Positions 56,796-64,000 of a stretch of 64,000 nt of DNA are shown here, one piece after another. The first letter of the stretch is position 1. Each line of letters begins with the position of its first letter. Made by a program: the position numbers and the translations under genes. The notes beneath the pieces were generated by a model. That model did not search any database. It was not told the DNA's origin and worked only from the letters and a program-made list of their open reading frames with translations. The DNA comes from Spirochaetia bacterium. GTDB lineage: Bacteria; Spirochaetota; Spirochaetia; SZUA-6; Bin103. Location: the NCBI GenBank assembly GCA_965203055.1, contig OZ241863.1, positions 4,192,001 through 4,256,000 of the forward strand, written 5' to 3'.

Positions 56796-59339
56796 CTACC
56801 GCTTCAGCCGCGTGTCCTCGGGATCGAACAGGGACGTGGCGGCGGCCGCGGTCACCGGGAAGGGCTCGTTCATGTACAGCACCTGCAGCCGCGTGCCGGG
56901 CGCCGCGTGCTCGGGCGGCAGGTAGGCGAACAGCAGGTACTTGCCCACCGACGGCCCCATGCCGGCGGAGGTGACGCGCGCCTCGCGGCCGTGCGCGTCG
57001 ACGATGCGCGCGCCGTCCGCGGTCAGGAGCGGCTCGTTGCCGCCGGTGGGGAAGCGTTCGATCCCGGCCGCGGCGGTGTGGTCGTCCATGGTCAGCGCGC
57101 GCAGCCGCGCGGCCGGCTTCGCGGCGCGCGCCCGCAGGTAGGCCTGCTTGCCGATGAACGCATCCCGCTTCACGCGCGGGCGGGCCAGGCCGGCCTCCAC
57201 CGGCGAGTATTCGGCGGTCAGGTCGGAGCCCATCAGCAGGTAGCCCTTCTCCATGCGCGCGGTGGTGCCGTAGACGCCGATCCCGACCGGGCGCGCGTCG
57301 AACGGGCGCCCCGCCTGCCGGATGGCGTCCCACAGGCGCACGCCGTACTCGGTCGCGGTGGTGATCTCGAAGCCGCTCTCGCCCACGTAGGAGATGCGCA
57401 GCATGGTCACCGGGACCCCGTCGATGAGCGCCGCGCGCACCGTCCCGTAGGGGAACTCCGCCTGCGAGAGGCCGGTGTCGGCGATGCCGGCGAGCAGCGC
57501 GCAGGCGTCCGGCCCCCATACCCCGATGGTGCACAGCGCCGAGGAGCGGTCCTCGAACTGCACCGAGCCGTCGCCCGGCAGATGGCGCCGGAACCACACC
57601 GCGTCGCGCGCGCCGTCGAAGGCGCCGGTCACCACGCGGAAGCGGTCATCGGCCAGCCGCTGGATGGTGAGGTCGGCGCGGATGCCGCCCTCCGGCGTCA
57701 GCAGCGGCGTGTAGATCGAGCTGCCGGGCGGGCGGTCGCACTTGTTGACCGCCAGCCGTTCCAGGTAGGGCACCACGCCCGGACCGGACAGGTCGAAGAT
57801 CTGAAACGCGCTCAGGTCGACGATGCCGGCCTTCTCGCGCAGGTGCAGGTGCTCGCCGTCGATGATCGGCGACCACCAGCGCCGGTCCCACTCGTGCGGG
57901 CGGTCGGGGATGGCGTAGCGCTCCACCAGGTCGGCGTTCGACGCGTACCACTGCGGCCGCTCCCAGCCGCGCGCGTCGTAGTACTCGGCGCCCAGGGCGG
58001 TGGTGCGGTCGTGGAACGGGGCGCGCTTCATGCCGCGCGCCGATGCCCACTGCTCGCGCGGGTGGACGATGCCGTAGGTCTTGTTGAAGTGCTCGTTGCA
58101 GCGGTCGCGGACGTGGCGCTCGGTACGCTCGTGGGGATAGAAGCGGGTGATGTCCGAGCCGTGCGGATCGCACAGGCGCGGGTAGCCGTAGGTGATCCAC
58201 TCCGCGATCAGCCGCGCGGTGCCGGGGCCTTCCTTGATCCACACCGCGGCCGCCGACCACAGCCGCTCCACCTCGGCCGTCTCGCCCAGCACCTGCTGCG
58301 CGTCCGGGGTGAGCGACAGCAGGCCGTTGACCGCGTACCCGATCTCGGAGCCGGCCAGCAGCCCGCCCATGATCTCGCGCGCGTGACCGAGCTGAGGCGC
58401 GAAGTCGCCGCCGGTGAACGGCAGCTCGGTGGGGGACCGCTCCGCCTCGGCGAGCGAGGGGATGTCGTCCGGGCGCACCAGGATCGGGCGGTGCGCGTAG
58501 GAGCCGACCTCCATCGCCGCGTGGCTCTGCCGCTCGTACATGAAGACGTCCATGTCGCGCACGATCGGGTAGCCGATTTCGCTGCCGGTCTCGCGCAGCA
58601 GGTCGATCGGCCCCAGGTCGGCCATCTGGTGCACCGCCGCGGTGAGCGGAATGCTGGCGCCGGCCATGGCCGCCACGCGCGGGCTCCACACCCCGCAGGC
58701 GATCACCACCTGCTCCGCGGCGATGGTGCCGCGGTCGGTCGCCACGGCGCGGATGCGGGGCCGGCGAAACGGCCCGCGCTCCACCTCCAGCCCGGTGACC
58801 TCGGTGTCGTCGAGCACCGTGAGCACGCCCTTGGCCAGCGCCCGTTCGCGCATGATGGTGCCGGCGCGCACCGAGTCGACCACCGAAACGGCCGGCATGT
58901 AGAAGCCGCCCGCGATCACGGCGGCGTTCACGAACGGGATGCGGGCGGCCACCTCCTGCGGGGTGAGCAGGTACGCCTCGATGCCCCAGGAGCGGGCCGA
59001 GGTCATGCGCCGCCGCAGCTCCTCCATGCGCGCCTCGGTGCGCGCCACCTCCACCCCGCCGCAGGTGGTGTTGACCCCCAGCTCCTCATACTGGCGCTGG
59101 CTCTCCAGCGTCAGCATCGCGATTTCGCGGTTGTGATCGGTGGGGAAGATGAAGTTGGAGGCGTGGCCGGTGGAGCCGCCGGGGTTGGGCAGCGGCCCCT
59201 TGTCGATCAGCACCAGCTCGTCCCAGCCCAGCTCCGCCAAGTGCGCCACCAGGCAGTTGCCGACGATGCCGGCGCCGATCACCGCAATCCTGGCCCGCGC
59301 CGGCGCCGCCCCCGAACCGGATTTCGTGTGCCGTTCCAT
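56796..59339 (-). CDS. GcvT-family FAD-dependent oxidoreductase (dimethylglycine oxidase-like)
   Basis: IGAGIVG, GGSTGHA, GWERP, VDLSAF, SYVGESGFE, RMEKGY, DPEDTRLK. Confidence 0.9.
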   Translation of the reverse strand: MERHTKSGSGAAPARARIAVIGAGIVGNCLVAHLAELGWDELVLIDKGPLPNPGGSTGHASNFIFPTDHNREIAMLTLESQRQYEELGVNTTCGGVEVARTEARMEELRRRMTSARSWGIEAYLLTPQEVAARIPFVNAAVIAGGFYMPAVSVVDSVRAGTIMRERALAKGVLTVLDDTEVTGLEVERGPFRRPRIRAVATDRGTIAAEQVVIACGVWSPRVAAMAGASIPLTAAVHQMADLGPIDLLRETGSEIGYPIVRDMDVFMYERQSHAAMEVGSYAHRPILVRPDDIPSLAEAERSPTELPFTGGDFAPQLGHAREIMGGLLAGSEIGYAVNGLLSLTPDAQQVLGETAEVERLWSAAAVWIKEGPGTARLIAEWITYGYPRLCDPHGSDITRFYPHERTERHVRDRCNEHFNKTYGIVHPREQWASARGMKRAPFHDRTTALGAEYYDARGWERPQWYASNADLVERYAIPDRPHEWDRRWWSPIIDGEHLHLREKAGIVDLSAFQIFDLSGPGVVPYLERLAVNKCDRPPGSSIYTPLLTPEGGIRADLTIQRLADDRFRVVTGAFDGARDAVWFRRHLPGDGSVQFEDRSSALCTIGVWGPDACALLAGIADTGLSQAEFPYGTVRAALIDGVPVTMLRISYVGESGFEITTATEYGVRLWDAIRQAGRPFDARPVGIGVYGTTARMEKGYLLMGSDLTAEYSPVEAGLARPRVKRDAFIGKQAYLRARAAKPAARLRALTMDDHTAAAGIERFPTGGNEPLLTADGARIVDAHGREARVTSAGMGPSVGKYLLFAYLPPEHAAPGTRLQVLYMNEPFPVTAAAATSLFDPEDTRLKR

Positions 59340-59542
59340 GGCTGCCATTGGCGGCCGTTCGCCGCGCCGCGTCAAGCCGGCGCGCGCGAGCGGTGAAGGT
59401 CGATCTCGTCGATCAGCACGATCGCCTCGCGGGCGCACGGCTTGGCCTGAAGCAGCGGCGGCGCCATCTATGACCACTACAACGGCGCGGCATAAGCGGT
59501 GCTTGTCCGGCGCGCCGTGCTCGCGGTGGAAACGCGCCGGTA

Positions 59543-60634
59543 CTATTGGCGGGGCTCGGTCTGTTCCGTGCCGTTGGCGGAGTCGCCTTTGAGGGCGCGG
59601 TAGGTCAGCTCGTCGATGCCGGTGGCGGACTGGATCGCCGGCCACCCGAATCCCGCCCGCAGGAACCCTTCGATGGCCTCCATCAGGCCCTCCTGGCGGC
59701 CTTCCAGCCGGCCCTCCTGACGCCCCTCCTGACGCCCTTCCTGACGCCCCTCCTGACGCCCCTCCTGACGCCCCTCTTGACGCCCTTCCTGGCGGCCTTG
59801 CAGTCGGCCTTCCTGCCGGCCCTCCTGCCGGCCCTCCCGGCGGCCTTGTTGCTTGATTTCCTCGACGTAGTTCATCACGTCTCCTTCCGGTCCCGGTACT
59901 CGTCGCTGCATTTCCTCGGCAAACCGCCCGCGCAACGGCTCCTCTTGGGTCGCCAGCACGTACCACACGAACATGCGCACCTGCTCCCGGCCCCCGCGGC
60001 GCGCCAGTTCGGCCAGCAGCGGCAACGCCCGCGCCAACGCCGGCCATGCCACCGTCGCGCGGTAGGCCAGCATGATGAGCTGCGCCAGCCGCCCCTTCAA
60101 CGTGCCCCGCACCGCCTCCGGCGCGGTCTCCGAATGGTCGATCAGCAGGTGCTCGAAGCGCGGCAGCCACCGCCACCCGCGCACCTCACGGGGGAACAAC
60201 TCCGAGAACTCGACGGCGTGACGCCAGCGGCCCTTCCCCAGATAGAACACCATCGGGACGATCGGGCGCAACATGGTCTCCGCAGGAAAGCGGCGCCGGT
60301 CGCGTTCCCAGATCCGGCAGCAGTATTGCAGCAGCCGCAGGCGCATCCAGCGGTCACGGCGCCGGACCGTGGACTGATGCTCCAGCAGCACGTACAGCCA
60401 GGCCGGCGCGCCGCCGGTGTGGCGGCGGATGGAGTACAGCAGATCGGACTCGGTGGCGCGCAGGTCGGGGGCGACGAAGGCGCTGTTCTCGGCGGAGAGG
60501 GTGGACCACTGCAAGCCGTTGGCGACGGCCGGCGGCAGATGGGCGCGCAGCAGGCCGATCGCCTCGGCGGGTTCGCCGAACACGGCGCGGAACAGGTTGT
60601 CGTGCGGCTGCGCCGCCAAGTCCTGCTTCGCCAT
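59543..60634 (-). CDS. Rpn family recombination-promoting nuclease (YhgA-like) 1
   Basis: PHDNLFR, SFV-like SAFV, SDLLYS, LEHQS, P.VFY.G; C-terminal GRQE repeats. Confidence 0.9.
   Translation of the reverse strand: MAKQDLAAQPHDNLFRAVFGEPAEAIGLLRAHLPPAVANGLQWSTLSAENSAFVAPDLRATESDLLYSIRRHTGGAPAWLYVLLEHQSTVRRRDRWMRLRLLQYCCRIWERDRRRFPAETMLRPIVPMVFYLGKGRWRHAVEFSELFPREVRGWRWLPRFEHLLIDHSETAPEAVRGTLKGRLAQLIMLAYRATVAWPALARALPLLAELARRGGREQVRMFVWYVLATQEEPLRGRFAEEMQRRVPGPEGDVMNYVEEIKQQGRREGRQEGRQEGRLQGRQEGRQEGRQEGRQEGRQEGRQEGRQEGRLEGRQEGLMEAIEGFLRAGFGWPAIQSATGIDELTYRALKGDSANGTEQTEPRQ
59690..59845 (-). repeat. 13 x 12-bp intragenic repeat (GRQE-type)
   Basis: GGGCGTCAGGAG-type units counted in the DNA. 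Confidence 0.9.
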
Positions 60635-60729
60635 TGGCTTCAGACCGGTTCCCGGCTGCCGGCGGGGCGCGGCCGGCGCCGTGCCCTGGGAGCAGTCGCG
60701 TTCGAGCCGCCGCGGCGGTGGAGGGCGGC

Positions 60730-60798
60730 GGTCGCCGCGGGACCGGCGAACACCAAGCGGATCAGACAATCGTGGGGATGATGCAGGGGTGGTGTCAT
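60730..60798 (-). pseudogene. Truncated 5' end of a further rpn copy
   Basis: MTPPLHHPHDCLIRLVFAGPAATAA matches MAPPLHQPHDHLFRLVFADPRETAA of rpn 2, with the same upstream leader. Left boundary approximate. Confidence 0.75.
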
Positions 60799-60895
60799 TC
60801 TCTCCTCTGCCCCCTGCAACGGCGCGGCGTCCACGGTGCTTTTGATTGACGGCGCGGGCCGCGCTCACGGGTAGACGCGCCCGGACGGCGGAAGG

Positions 60896-61882
60896 TCAGC
60901 GCGGCGCGGTCTGCTCGGTGCCGTTGGGGGCGTCGCGTTTGAGGGTGCGGTAGGTGTGCTCGTCGATGCCGGTGGCGGATTGGATCACCGGCCACTTGAT
61001 CCCGGCCCGCAGGAGCCCGTCGATGGTCTCCAGCCGGCCTTCCTGGCGGCCTTCCAGCCGGCCTTCTTGTCGGCCCTCCTGCCGGCCCTTCAACTCGCCT
61101 TCCCGGCGCAGAATCTCGCCACAGGTCATCAGATCACCTCTCAGTTTCGGCGCCCGGCGCCGCAGCACCTCACCCAGCGCTTGCAGCGTGTCCGCCGGCC
61201 CGGTCTTCAGAATATACGACATGAACGCCTGGTAGTAATCCACCCCGCCGCGCACCGGCTCCCGCTGCAACGCCTCCAGCAGCGGCGCAATCCGCTGCCG
61301 CGCTTCCTCCAGGGGCCGCTTGAAGGTGTGCATCATCGCGAGTTGCAGCAACTGCCCGAGCAGTTCCCCGGCCACGGCCGCCGGCGCGATCCGGGTCTGG
61401 TCGAGCAGCAGTGGGTGGAAGTGGGGCACCCAGGGCTGGCCGCGCAGCGCCGGTGGGAAGGAGTCGGCCAGTTCGATGGCGTAGGTCCAGTGGCGCTTGC
61501 CCTGGTAGAACACCAGCGGCAGCACGGGGCGCAGGTACCGCGCTTTGGGGTGGGCGCGGCGGTCGTTCTCCCAGATGCGGCAGCAGTAGCGCAGCAGGCG
61601 TAGCGTGATCCAGCGATCCGGGCGGGACTGATGTTCGAACAGCAGGTAGAGCCACTGCCGCGGGGCGGCGGCGGCGGTGCGCACTTCGAACAGCAGGTCG
61701 GAGACGGAGTCGCGCAGTTCCTGGTCGATGAAGGAGCCTGGGGCGCGGCGCAGGGAGGACCAGAGCAAGCCGCGCTGGTGGGACTCCGGCAGGCGCGCGC
61801 GGAGGAAGGCGGCGGTCTCCCGTGGGTCGGCGAACACCAGGCGGAACAGGTGATCGTGGGGCTGATGCAGGGGCGGTGCCAT
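60896..61882 (-). CDS. Rpn family recombination-promoting nuclease (YhgA-like) 2
   Basis: PHDHLFR, GSFID, SDLLFE, FEHQS, PLVFYQG; five GRQE/GRLE repeats. Confidence 0.9.
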   Translation of the reverse strand: MAPPLHQPHDHLFRLVFADPRETAAFLRARLPESHQRGLLWSSLRRAPGSFIDQELRDSVSDLLFEVRTAAAAPRQWLYLLFEHQSRPDRWITLRLLRYCCRIWENDRRAHPKARYLRPVLPLVFYQGKRHWTYAIELADSFPPALRGQPWVPHFHPLLLDQTRIAPAAVAGELLGQLLQLAMMHTFKRPLEEARQRIAPLLEALQREPVRGGVDYYQAFMSYILKTGPADTLQALGEVLRRRAPKLRGDLMTCGEILRREGELKGRQEGRQEGRLEGRQEGRLETIDGLLRAGIKWPVIQSATGIDEHTYRTLKRDAPNGTEQTAPR

Positions 61883-62114
61883 ACGGTGTCATTCTCTCCT
61901 CTGCCCCTACAACGGCGCGGCGTCAGCGGTGCTTTTGGCGGCGCGGAGCGAAGTGCAGGCCCTGATTAAGCAGCTCTCCCAGCTCCCAGCTCCCAGCCGC
62001 CAAGCCTCCCGCCGCGCCCTGTTGCCGTAGGCGAACGAACGACACGAACGACTGCGAGGCTGCCGCGTCGGCGCGCGGTGTGCTAAGCTGGCCGGCGTCT
62101 GGAGGCGTGGTCGT

Positions 62115-63002
62115 ATGGCAAGTTCAATCAGCGCTCCGCCGGCGCCGGCGGCAGCGATAGACTACCCCAGTTCGGACGGCAAGCCGATGGCGGAAAGCGA
62201 GTCGCAACTGATACCTCTCACGTACGCCGTTAGCTGCCTCCGGCACTACTTCCGCAACCGCCCGGAGGCGTTCGCCTCCGGCAACCTGCTGATCTACTAC
62301 GAGGAAGGGACGTGGGCGAGGGTGGCGCCGGACGTGTTCGTGGTGTTCGGGTCGCGCAATCGGAAAGAAGAACGCGCGTCGTATCGTCTGTGGGAGGAGG
62401 AGAAGGCGCCGGACTTCGTGCTGGAGATCACGTCGCCGGCGACGTGGCGGGCCGATCAGGACAGGAAGCGGGAGTTGTATCGCCGGCTGGGGGTGGGGGA
62501 GTACTGGCAGTACGATCCGACGCTGAAGTACCTGCGGCCGCCGCTGCAGGGGTTGGAGTTGGTGGAAGGAGAGTACGAGCCGCTGCCGCGGCGGGAGTTG
62601 GCGGACGGGACGTTGGCGGCGCGGAGCGAAGTGCTGGGACTGGAGTTGCGGGTGGCAGGCCGGCGGCTGAGGTTCTACGATCCGCAGACGGGGAAGGAGC
62701 TGCCGGACTTGGCGGAGACCGACGAACAACGCCGGGAGGCGGAGTCTCGCGCAGAGCAGGAAGCGGCCGCCCGCCGCCGGGAAGCGGCCGCCCGCCGCCG
62801 GGAAGCGGCCGCCCGCCAGGCCGCAGAGACCCGCGTCCAACAGGAGGCCGCCGCCCGCCGCCGGGAGGCCGCCGCCCGCCAGGCCGCAGAAACCCGCGCC
62901 CACCAGGAGGCGGCCGCCCGCCAACAGGAAGCCGCCGCCCGCCAAGCCGCAGAAGCGCGTCTGGCCGAACTCGAGGCCCTGCTACGCCGCAAATCCGACT
63001 GA
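62115..63002 (+). CDS. Uma2/DUF820 family endonuclease-like protein with C-terminal coiled-coil repeats
   Basis: YPSSDGKPMAE, APDVFV, PDFVLEITS, EYWQYDP; EAAARRR/EAAARQAAE repeats; GGAGG RBS. Confidence 0.88.
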   Translation: MASSISAPPAPAAAIDYPSSDGKPMAESESQLIPLTYAVSCLRHYFRNRPEAFASGNLLIYYEEGTWARVAPDVFVVFGSRNRKEERASYRLWEEEKAPDFVLEITSPATWRADQDRKRELYRRLGVGEYWQYDPTLKYLRPPLQGLELVEGEYEPLPRRELADGTLAARSEVLGLELRVAGRRLRFYDPQTGKELPDLAETDEQRREAESRAEQEAAARRREAAARRREAAARQAAETRVQQEAAARRREAAARQAAETRAHQEAAARQQEAAARQAAEARLAELEALLRRKSD

Positions 63003-63114
63003 CGCCTCCTGCCTCTTGGAAGTGCGCCCGCCCCGCGCCCCCCGCGCCCTGTGCCGCCCACCCGTGCCCCGCGCCCTGCGCCGCCCGCGCCCCGCGCCCC
63101 GCCCCACCGCGCGC

Positions 63115-63143
63115 TTGACCGTCTCAAGGCCGTGTCGTAAAGT
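63115..63143 (+). promoter_or_regulatory. Sigma70-like promoter with no credible ORF directly downstream
   Basis: TTGACC-17 nt-TAAAGT. Confidence 0.6.
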
Positions 63144-63149
63144 GCCGAT

Positions 63150-63235
63150 AACGGTCCTATGAGGACCAAGCCGCGGTCCTGCGACCGCGGGAGCACGAAC
63201 GCATCGGAACGGATGAGGACTTGGAGCACTGACAC
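63150..63235 (+). ncRNA. Candidate structured small RNA or leader (no family recognised)
   Basis: Hairpins GGTCCT-ATG-AGGACC and CCGCGGTC-CTGC-GACCGCGG immediately after the predicted start site. 3' end unknown. Confidence 0.3.
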
Positions 63236-63482
63236 CACCGGCAGCGGCGCCCCAGCGCGCCGCCGGTCTCGCAGCCCCCGTCCGTCCCGGCGGCCGCGGC
63301 CCCGGCTGCGAACCATCCGGCGGCCCGCCGCCGTCAGCCGCGCCGCGGCGCTCGCTCTCTCAGGGGATGAATCCGCCGCCCGCCGCCGGCGCCCGCCGTC
63401 CGAGCGGGCGCCCGGCCCGGCCCCGTGCCGCGCTGCCGCGCCCGGCGCCGGCGGCCGGGGCCAAGAAACCGGCGCGGAGGTG

Positions 63483-63511
63483 TTGACCCTGCGGGAGCGG
63501 CGTGCTAAGTT
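63483..63511 (+). promoter_or_regulatory. Sigma70-like promoter upstream of the collagen-like lipoprotein
   Basis: TTGACC-17 nt-TAAGTT with extended -10 TG. Confidence 0.6.
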
Positions 63512-63758
63512 GCACCCGGTGAGAAGCGCCGTTCCGCGGCGTGGGCACGCGGGAGGGGTCAACGGAGCGTTGTTGCCGCAGCGCTCGATCTGCTATCTTG
63601 CATATGTGAACCGGCACCCAGGTAGCCGGCAGGAGGTATATGGGGTCCATGCTCAATCGTGAATGGCGCGGCGCCTCGTGAGCGCCGCTACAGACTCGAG
63701 GGGCGTGGGGTTCCCTGCGCCGCAAACCAAACCGTTCAAGGAGCGGAAGGAGAACAAC

Positions 63759-64000
63759 ATGATAATTGCACGTGCGGCAAAGGGAGCCGCACTCCTTTTG
63801 ATGATTTTCGGCGTTGTGGCGTTGATCGGCTGCCCGGCTGGCGTCACGGGTAAAACCGGACCGCAAGGAACGCAGGGACCCAAGGGTGACGCCGGTGCCG
63901 CTGGTGCCGATGGTCAGCCGGGACCGGCCGCCCTCCAGGTCGTGGGTGACGCGAGTGAGCGCTACGCCATCTTGATCAACAACGGCGGCACCGATGCCGC
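63759..64000 (+). CDS. Collagen-like lipoprotein (partial, runs off the window)
   Basis: Not in the ORF track. AGGAG RBS; MIIARAAKGAALLLMIFGVVALIGCPA, then GVTGKTGPQGTQGPKGDAGAAGADGQPGPA (Gly-X-Y). Confidence 0.8.
   Translation, partial: MIIARAAKGAALLLMIFGVVALIGCPAGVTGKTGPQGTQGPKGDAGAAGADGQPGPAALQVVGDASERYAILINNGGTDA

Noticed and set aside
59543..61882. Active insertion sequences (ISNCY-like transposases)
   Set aside because: No terminal inverted repeats or target duplications were seen, and Rpn/YhgA proteins are PD-(D/E)XK nucleases rather than DDE transposases.
61972..61998. Short CAGCTCC repeats, and the C-rich tract at 63025-63110
   Set aside because: Low-complexity intergenic sequence with no supportable function.
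63159..63662. 167-aa ORF downstream of the 63115 promoter
   Set aside because: No RBS, the ATG is the loop of a hairpin, the translation is low-complexity Arg/Pro/Ala, and it runs across a second promoter.

Overview
This is a very GC-rich bacterial chromosomal window. A spirochaete-like, possibly host-associated organism is inferred (not proven) from the TatT gene, an 'FAAGQEE'-type binding-protein signal peptide, a 'LIGCP' lipoprotein and LptC. Most genes are metabolic or transport genes: HMG-CoA synthase/IDI-2/AICAR transformylase/Rieske/ThyX run, a polyamine-type ABC transporter, two convergent family-5 ABC operons, TauD-like dioxygenase, sulfatase, K+ channel, formaldehyde dehydrogenase, an A-type cytochrome c oxidase operon in unusual order, and a GcvT-family oxidase. 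Accessory modules are interspersed: two tandem orphan NHLP (proteusin-type) RiPP precursors with identical leaders and different Trp-containing cores; a tandem Rpn nuclease array with internal RBS+ATG starts and a thrice-repeated leader; a low-GC ABC-ATPase + DUF4435 (PARIS-like) pair; three toxin-antitoxin loci; several PD-(D/E)XK-like or coiled-coil proteins with tandem repeats; a promoter-preceded structured non-coding segment; and the start of a collagen-like lipoprotein. No tRNA, rRNA or CRISPR array was seen. All calls come from reading motifs by eye, without database searches.
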